From positions 69,972-123,436 of the forward strand of contig NW_008246147.1 in assembly GCF_000281045.1 (NCBI RefSeq): a stretch of 53,465 nucleotides of DNA, given 5' to 3'. This document shows positions 45,979 through 53,465 of this stretch, piece after piece. The DNA is from Saprolegnia diclina VS20. Its lineage: Eukaryota. Position 1 is the first letter of the stretch, and every line of letters begins with the position of its first letter. The notes under the pieces are model-generated. The model made no database searches. It was not told the origin of the DNA and was given only the letters and a program-made list of their open reading frames with translations. The translations under genes and the position numbers were made by a program.

Positions 45979-47763
45979 ATGTCCACTGCCGAAACACTGG
46001 CGACCGGCGACGCTCCCGGCGACCCCGCGTCCAGTCGCCTCGAGGCAGCGCCCGATTGCGTGAGCGTCGACCTACATACCTCCCACGCATTGGTTCCCCC
46101 CAAGCACCAACCAAGCAACACAAGAAACGCTGAGTATGGCTCGCTGCGCGTCTTTCTCCGGCTCGTTCAAGTGTCACCGCCAATGCGACTCCAGCTACTC
46201 CTCGATGCCGCCAAAGACCTCGCGTCGACGCACGACCAAGGTTTGTTTCACGGTGACGTGTCATGTGCAACGATTGGTGTCTGCGATGCGATCGGTGGCG
46301 GCTATAAGGCCAGCCTGAGTGCCCCCCGTGACCTCCAGATCGAGGACAAGATGCGTCTGGCCGATGCGCAGACCGCCGATCTGTGTGCGTTTGGCAGTTG
46401 TCTGATCGAAGCCTTCCGTGGTTTGGTCGACGCGAAAATGGATCTCAGTGACCGCAGGCCCGAGACGATGCCCGTGGATCTCTGGACGCTGGCCAATGGC
46501 TTGACTTGTCCGCCACTCTCAGAGCGAAAATCGATCGCCAATGTCATCGTCACACTCGATGCAATGGTCCAGCAGACCCAAACACGAACGACGTACATCT
46601 TGGACGACGTCAGCACTGGGAAGGACAGTGCTGCGCCAAGACGACAGCGTCGCAAGAGGCTCTATGGCCTTGGGCTATTGGTCGCTGCTCTTATTTGCAT
46701 CATTGGACTCTGCGTTGCGTTCATCCCGTCGTCGAACGAAGCGACATCAACCTCGAACGCGCCGGCGCCCACGACGTCGACTGTGACGACACCCACGCCG
46801 ACGCCTGCGTCGACACCGCCACCGGTCGCCAACCGATCGTACACCGTGTCAACGTTTGTAGGCAATGGCGTCATCACCAATTTTACTTCGCTAGCGAGCC
46901 TCACTGGCGACGCATATTCACTGTTCGTCGCCGACAGTTCAAGTTCCATCATGCGCATCGATCTCGCCAGCAATAAACTGACGCCGTTGGCAGGCTCGGC
47001 AAGCTCGACGGGGTTTCTCAACGGCGTCAACGCAAGCGCACGCTTTTCGTACATTGGCGGCCTCGCGCACGCTTCCGACGGAACGCTGCTCGTGGCCGAC
47101 GCTGGTAACAACGCTGTGCGCACGGTGGACCCGAACGGTGTCGTCGCCACCTTGGCTGGTACCGGTGCCACGGGCAGTGCTGACGGTAGCGCTAGTGCCG
47201 CCACGTTTTATGGACCAATGGGCATTGCCGTTGGCACCAACCGTGTTCTTGTCGCCGACGCGTACAACGCCAAAGTGCGGTCGATCAGCGCCGGCACTGT
47301 CTCAACGTTCTCGGGGCCCGGCGCCGTTGGTTTAGCATCGATACCAACCTACAATTACCCGCTTGGGGTTGCACAGGCGCCGTCGGGTGTTGTGTATGTC
47401 ACGGACGGCAACCTCGTACGCAAGATTGGTCTCGACGGCAGCGTCACCGACATTGGCAGTGGCACGGCGGGCCACGCCGACGGCCACGGTGCGAGCGCCG
47501 CCTTCAACGAACCCAATGGTATTGTGGCCGACTCCGATGGCATTGTGTACGTGGTCGACGGCCTCAACCATTGTATCCGCGCGATCGATACCGATGATAA
47601 CGTCATCACGATCGCGGGGACGCCCGGCGTCTCCGGTGACGTCAACGGCGCGGGCAACTCCGCCACGTTCAACTATCCCACGTACATTTATGTCGATGCA
47701 TCCGGCGCTCTCTACGTCACGGACTCCGTCAGCTTGAGCGTGCGACGGCTCGTGTATACCTAA
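45979..47763 (+). CDS. Tandem paralog (copy B): kinase C-lobe-like domain, TM, stalk, NHL propeller
   Basis: Same architecture as copy A. AEYGSLRVFLRLV is identical, RRQRRKR precedes the TM, and it ends VRRLVYT versus IRRLAYT. Confidence 0.8.
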   Translation: MSTAETLATGDAPGDPASSRLEAAPDCVSVDLHTSHALVPPKHQPSNTRNAEYGSLRVFLRLVQVSPPMRLQLLLDAAKDLASTHDQGLFHGDVSCATIGVCDAIGGGYKASLSAPRDLQIEDKMRLADAQTADLCAFGSCLIEAFRGLVDAKMDLSDRRPETMPVDLWTLANGLTCPPLSERKSIANVIVTLDAMVQQTQTRTTYILDDVSTGKDSAAPRRQRRKRLYGLGLLVAALICIIGLCVAFIPSSNEATSTSNAPAPTTSTVTTPTPTPASTPPPVANRSYTVSTFVGNGVITNFTSLASLTGDAYSLFVADSSSSIMRIDLASNKLTPLAGSASSTGFLNGVNASARFSYIGGLAHASDGTLLVADAGNNAVRTVDPNGVVATLAGTGATGSADGSASAATFYGPMGIAVGTNRVLVADAYNAKVRSISAGTVSTFSGPGAVGLASIPTYNYPLGVAQAPSGVVYVTDGNLVRKIGLDGSVTDIGSGTAGHADGHGASAAFNEPNGIVADSDGIVYVVDGLNHCIRAIDTDDNVITIAGTPGVSGDVNGAGNSATFNYPTYIYVDASGALYVTDSVSLSVRRLVYT

Positions 47764-47885
47764 ATATTCACAACGTTGCGTCTCCATAGCGAACGCTCAA
47801 TAATGTTGTCGTGGCAGTGGATACGGGTACCGACCAGGTACAGTATACGACATTTTCTGCCCGTGTACCTACCGATGTTTTTCCC

Positions 47886-48191
47886 ACGGCTGGTCGCGCT
47901 GACGGCAACGGTGCGAGCGCCACGTTCGACAGCCCCTCCGACCTCGCCGTCGATGTCGATGGTGTCGTGTACGTTGCTGACAGCGGCAACCACTGCATTC
48001 GCGTGATCGCCACGAGCGACAACGTGTTTACGATTGTGGGGATTCCTCGTACGGCTGGCACCGATGACGGATCTGGCAGCGACGCCACGTTTGACAATCC
48101 CAGGGGCATCTTTGTCGATGCGTCCGGAGTCGTGTTTGTCATCGATGCGGCGAGAACCGGGCTTCGACGCATCTCATATACGAGTCTTTGA
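47886..48191 (+). pseudogene. 3' fragment of a further NHL paralog (last two blades)
   Basis: AGRADGNGASATFDSPSDLAVDVDGVVYVADSGNHCIR...LRRISYT aligns with the C-termini of copies A and B. No ATG start or upstream domains. Confidence 0.7.
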
Positions 48192-48506
48192 TGCGTTGTA
48201 CACTTTTGTGATCACGCGATTCGACGGCGTGTTTTGGGTGTTTGCACTGAAGGGGCAATGATGGAGTTCAAGGAACCCTACTTGAACGCGGTGGGATCGT
48301 CTGCAAGACGTTTGGCATTCTCTCCAAAGCGAATTCTGCGATACCACCCATCAAATCCGCACATTTTCCGTCTGCAAAGACTATGGTTTGAGACACGGGA
48401 ATGTTCCCGTGGTTTCAGAAGACTCGACAAGCCCACAGCTTTAATGTAATTGGACAATACGTTTCCTGTTAATACAGCGTCCACAGCGTATGCGTCCGAT
48501 GATAAG

Positions 48507-49840
48507 CTAACCGGAAGGTGTGGGGAGATCTGCGACGACCAGTTCGTTCATCGATCGATTGCCGTCCCAGCCGCCAAAGAGGAAGAGATGCGAGCCCACG
48601 ACCGCCGCGCTGTGTCCGTACCGGTTCGTGACGTGGCAGCCCTCCGAGATGGGCTGCGACCACACCATCGCATCGCAGTCGATCGCGTGGACGTATTTGG
48701 AGACCCCGAGGAGCCGGCGGTAGTCGACGGGCTGCGCGTCGTACCCGCTTTGCAACCGCTACCCATCATCAGCGTCATCGTGAAGTAGAAAAGAGAAAAC
48801 CTCTTCGCGCGCCAGCGCTTTGGCCGTCGCCCGCACGGCCTTGTCTCCCATGTAGATCGGACTGCGCTCCGTGCCCGACCAGCCGCCAACAATGTATAGC
48901 GTGCGACCGACCAATGTCATAGTGTGGCTAAACGTCGGGATTGGCTGGTCACCGGTGACGCGCGGTCGCATCCACGACATGGTCTCCGTATCCAAAGTGT
49001 ACAAGTCGTTGAAATACTCGACGCGGACTTCTGGCACCATTTTGACCGATTGCCTATATATATGGACATTAACAAGATATGGTCATCGGGAAGTGTACCC
49101 GCCGTAGAGGACGATGCGGCCATCGTCGAGCAGTGCCATCGAGTGGCCATACCGAGCCGTCGGCGGAGTCCCCGCCACCTGGGGCTGGAGCCACGCAAAT
49201 GTCTCCGTGTCAAAGACCCAAAGATCTTTAAACGTCTTGCTTTGTCCGTCCCATCTAGCATAGTTATGGTCAATATTGTCTCTCAAATTGTCCATCAAAT
49301 ACCCGCCAAAGAAGACGAGCTTGGTACCGACGGCCAAGTCCGAGTGACCAAACCGCTCGGGGGGCGATTCGGTGGTCCAGTTGACGACGTACCAGTGCCA
49401 CGTCTCGAGGTCGAGGTAGTACATGTCTCTATAGACCTTTCCCTTGTCGCCTTTGCCGCCAAAGACAAACATCTTGGCGCCTAATGAAGTCGTTCAATAA
49501 GACAATAAGATTAGAAGATGCATCGTAGAAAAAGGAGTGTACCGACAAGCGTGGCCGAGTGGCTGTAGCGCGGCGCGGGTGGCTTGCCTTCGCACTTGAC
49601 TTGCGACCACGCCGACGTCTCAAGGTCGAGGACCCATACTTCATCAAGGTACACAAACCCGGCTTCGCCACCAAAATAATGACCCCCAAAGAGCACGAGC
49701 TGCTGGCCTGCAAGCAGCATCGACTGACCACCTCGGGCCGATGGCGGAAAGCCGTCCATCGGTGGCATCGACCACGACATGACGGCGCCGTCATTCAATA
49801 CTGGCGACGCCGGGTCGCTGCTCTCGGGCGACTGCGGCAT
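48507..49840 (-). CDS. Kelch-repeat protein (RABEPK/KLHDC-like), multi-exon
   Basis: Six Kelch units (PSARGGQS...LFGG, PAPRYSHSA...VFGG, PPERFGHS...FFGG, PTARYGHS...LYGG, FSHT...IVGG, RYGHSA...LFGG). Confidence 0.85.
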
Positions 49841-49979
49841 GGCTCCGGCCCAACTGTTGAGAGTTTCAAGTGAAACCCTCCGCATCGAAAATCGACGTGA
49901 AAATCTCTACGAATATAGTAAGAGGCATTCCCATCCATGGCGTTGACGATCTCCGTGTTATGGATAATTGCTTATAGTC

Positions 49980-52927
49980 TTATTGCTCGTTAGGTTGATG
50001 CTCTTTTTCCTCCGTCGCCGGCGGCGCAGTGAACGCGAGGTCCCACAACATTTTCTCAAGGAACGCGTGCATCGCTCGTCGGTCGATTTGGACCTCCATG
50101 CGGCGTATCTACACGTAACATAAAATGTAGTCGAGCGATTGAAACATCCATCAGGTGCTCGTACCATGGTCGGAACCGGGCGGGCACCCGTGTGGTGGAC
50201 GCTGGCTGCAAAGTCGGCCCCGGACGTCGCGTCGTCGATGCGGAAGCACGTGATCTTGCCTTTGATTAGCCCAAGGATGCGGTCATGCGCAGCGCTTAAT
50301 GAGACCATGGATTCTTTGAGCGGCGTCGAGCTCACGGGCGTGCCAGTCCAGAGCGAGTACACAAACAAAATGCCTTCGTACGAGACGAGTGCATAGTCCA
50401 TCGGGAGCCCTTCGACCGGTGGCAGCAGCGCGAATTCGGTCGGTGGTCGCAAACGCGGGAGTAAGATCTCGATGGGTTCGAGCAAAAGGTCTGGTAGCGA
50501 CAGCTGCAAAATCTGCGGCTGGAGTGCGCCGCCGACGAGAAGCGCGAGGTGGGTGGCCGTCGATGTGATCGCTGCCGCGTGTATGGTGGCACTTAGGTTC
50601 ACAGTGGCAGATGGCACCCACCAGCCAAAGCCCGTGCGATACTGCGGTGTCATCGTCCAGAAGCACACGACGCCGGCGACGTCGGCACTCACAAGGTCCG
50701 TGCCCCGGTGTCCGAGATACGTAATCGGGCTGTTGTGCCCATGGAAAAAGTCCCGTGCGTCGGTCGACGCAGGTCGAAGCAGTCGACGAAGCTGAAGCCG
50801 GATGATGGCGCCATCTTTTGTCCCTACAACGGCGCTCGTGGGGGCGCCGACGACTGAGACCGACGGCAAAATGTGACCAAGGACCACGTCGTCGACGGTG
50901 TAGCTTGGCCGAGCAACGTCGTCTTTCGTGATCGTTGCAACGGTGCGGGCACCCGCAGTGTTGAGAGACAGCAAATCAGTGTGTTTCTTCTGGACCGTCA
51001 AAAGATACCCCGGCACCAACCCAATCTCCAGGTGGGCGATCGGGTTCGAACCCGGGACCTCGCGCACAACGACGTTGGTAGTGATATCGACGATGCTCAC
51101 GTCGCCTTTGGCGCCGACAACGTACACGTGTCGTCCACGCGCATAAATGTGAGCAATGCTGTGGCGCAATGTCGCGCTGATGACAACGGGCGCCAGGCGC
51201 ACATGTTTCCAGTACGCTCGCTGCACCGTCACCTACCATATACACCGGTGTACAGCTCCTCTTTAGCAATGAAAAAGAGTATTCGTACCATCGTCTGGTC
51301 TGGTGGCACGATGCGGCGCTTGGCAATGTCTATTGGCGTCGGGAGCTCTGTATAAACTTGTAGCGTCGCTGGTTTCATCGACAACACCGCGGTGGGTGGC
51401 GGGGGTGGTCTCGGTTGCAGCACCGATGCTACAAGGATGACGCTAGTCGAAACCTCGAGGTCTTGGCGACGCCGGCGCGTCTGGAGCTCGTCGAATGCAC
51501 TCGACACCGCATCGTTTTGGTCGGGCGGACAGAGCACGCGTTGTAGCGCCGTGAGCAGCAGACTACGGACGCCGTGTTGCGCCGCAGAAGCTTCGGACCA
51601 CAGATCCAAGATCGTACTGTGGACAACATCGTCCTACACGACATTGATGTTTTGATAGAAATGACAAAGTATACCAAAAGAGCGTCGCGAACAAGGTGGA
51701 CCGCACGCTGATATCGCTCTCGGCGCGCGACACGACGCAGATTCCGCCGCGTGTCCTTCCAGACGCACTGCTGCGCCAAGACGTTGGCTCTGACCAGCGG
51801 CGCTGGTAGCATCTCCAGAATCTGGTCGATCAGATCGCAGACCAAACTTTGCAAGAGCATTGTGGTTGGTGTCCTTGGCAGCGGTGACAGTGGGCGTAGA
51901 GGACTGGGCACTGGCGGTGCTGAGCTGGGTATGCTCTGAGCAATCGCTGCCAGCGTCGTATCCCCTAGTACATTTTCAGAATCCCACGTTTTCACCACAA
52001 GTGAGAGGTACCAGACGCGAGCCATTTCGTTGCGTCGTCGAGGACCTCGTCGATCGTGTCGACGTCAGCATCGGGCATCGCGATCTCGTCGGGCATATTT
52101 TTCAAAATCAATTCGACCGGCGGCGCGTGACCAAACTCAATCTCAACGAGAAAGTCAACGCCCTTGGACGCCAAGTAGTGAAGCTCGCGTTGCTTTTGCC
52201 GAAGGTCTTCTTCTTGTTTTTCCAGAGCAGCGCGGTCGGCGTTGAGCTGGCGAAGCTGGTCGTGACGTCGGTGCGTCGCTTGCTCGTGCTCGATGCGTAG
52301 TCGACCTTCGCACTCGTTGGCAAAATGAACAGAATCTATGGCCGGCGACGTCTCGGCCACGATATTGAATAAGGCGTCGTGTGGGAGCTGGCGCTCGAGC
52401 ACCGACCCTTTTACGAGCAAGTGCTCAATTTTGCTGACGTCGTGCTGGCGTCGCCGCGAGCGCTCGGCATCAATGGCATTCAGCTGAACCATTGATGTTT
52501 GCTCCAGACGCTCCTAGTCAAATCAAGATATACTCGAGCGTTGAGGAGAGGATGAGTGCATGCATACCAAATGGTGTCGTTGGGTCTGCAGTTGCTCCAA
52601 GTCCAAACGCCGGCGCGCGGCTTCTTCGAGCTCGTGGCTCCTCGTGACGTGCCACGCTTCTCGCTGGAGCTCCAGTTGCTGCGCCATTTGCGACTGTACG
52701 TGGGCCTTCTTTGTGAGCAGTTGCGAGCGCAAGGTCTGGCGGGCGACCCGCGATGCAGCCACTTGAGCGTCGAGATCGCTGAGGGTACCGCGCAGGTCGA
52801 CCGCCTTTTGCGTAAGTGCCGCCGCCTTTTGGCGCTGGTAGGCGTCGCGCGTCGCCTCAACGTGGCGTCGGTGGGCATCAAACTCGGCTTCGATCTGGCG
52901 GAGGCTCTCGTCCGAGAGCTCTTGCAT
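49980..52927 (-). CDS. Uncharacterised multi-exon protein with N-terminal coiled coil and C-terminal WD40-like propeller
   Basis: Successive minus-strand ORFs with coding-like composition and a WD motif FHGHNSPITYL...LVSADVAGVVCFW. Exon structure and start approximate; may be two genes. Confidence 0.5.
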
Positions 52928-53114
52928 GTCGTTTCCACTGGCTAGCTGCACGCAACCGTATCCCCGACCCCTAGGCGGGTTAGGGTTATAGGTTCCAGCC
53001 AGGCTCTTTTCTAGCTGCCCATAGCGTGCTAGAAAGCTCCGAGGAGAGTAGCGCACTTGGTTATGTCATGGGCCATGTAAAGATGTTTATAGATATGAAA
53101 AATCGCCAAATAAG

Positions 53115-53465
53115 CTAAAACATCTCGACCGATATGAGTTCCACGCGTGTCTTGGCCGAAGTGAGGCGAAGGCACGGGTAGTACGAGAACGCGCCAGCAG
53201 TCGGATTCCGCAAGCTCGTGTGGTACGTGCCATTGATGTTGATGTGCACTCGACTCTTCGTAGTGCTCCAGACACACGTTAGCTGTACGTTTTCAGCTGC
53301 AAATTTTGGATGTTTGCTCGGCCCATTGGCGGCATCCGTCCACGAAAACAAGAGTTTGCCCAAGGAGCCCGAGGGATGAAAGTGGTCGCGCGTCGCGTAG
53401 CCAATGGCGACATTGGTGCGCGATGCCAGCTTGACCGTAAACGATCGCACAGGGCGCGTCGCCAA
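53115..53465 (-). CDS. C-terminal part of a possible SPRY/B30.2-like domain protein (5'-partial)
   Basis: Beta-rich pattern FTVKL...VAIGYA...VHININGT...YYPCLRL resembles SPRY. The ORF runs off the window edge. Confidence 0.35.
   Translation of the reverse strand: MATRPVRSFTVKLASRTNVAIGYATRDHFHPSGSLGKLLFSWTDAANGPSKHPKFAAENVQLTCVWSTTKSRVHININGTYHTSLRNPTAGAFSYYPCLRLTSAKTRVELISVEMF

Noticed and set aside
51031..51070. tRNA T-arm-like GAGGTCCCGGGTTCGAACCCG on the minus strand
   Set aside because: Lies in frame within a coding exon (VREVPGSNP). The T-stem does not close with a 7-nt loop, and no D-arm or acceptor stem was found.
52977..52994. Telomere-like GGGTTAGGGTTATAGGTT
   Set aside because: Under three imperfect units, compatible with chance.
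1..53465. CRISPR array, rRNA or prokaryotic defence operon
   Set aside because: No regularly spaced repeats or rRNA signatures seen, and the window is intron-containing eukaryotic DNA.

Overview
Gene-dense eukaryotic DNA, GC-rich in exons, with short (about 45-60 nt) GT-AG introns. The gene content and style suggest an oomycete, probably Saprolegniales (inference). Housekeeping genes: RRP1/Nop52 (5'-partial), COX6A, a USP47-like deubiquitinase, kinesin-4, a giant EF-hand/ankyrin protein, a Dcr2-like metallophosphoesterase, an LYR protein, flotillin, CDP-DAG synthase, a secreted heme peroxidase, a Rad60/NIP45-like SUMO-domain protein, a CFAP97-like protein, threonyl-tRNA synthetase, a Kelch protein and a WD40-like protein. 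Accessory material: three copies of a Uma2/Crinkler-type endonuclease-fold gene, an LRR-family pseudogene, a catalytically eroded hAT transposase and a tail-less ribosomal P2 paralog. The two most notable observations are (1) a tandem family of apparent 'inverted' receptors (cytoplasmic kinase C-lobe-only domain, single TM, Thr/Pro stalk, NHL beta-propeller) with scrambled relics around it, and (2) a candidate H/ACA sno/scaRNA in the unusually long ThrRS intron whose pockets are partly complementary to the U2 snRNA branch-site region. All calls come from manual reading and motif recognition; no database searches were run.
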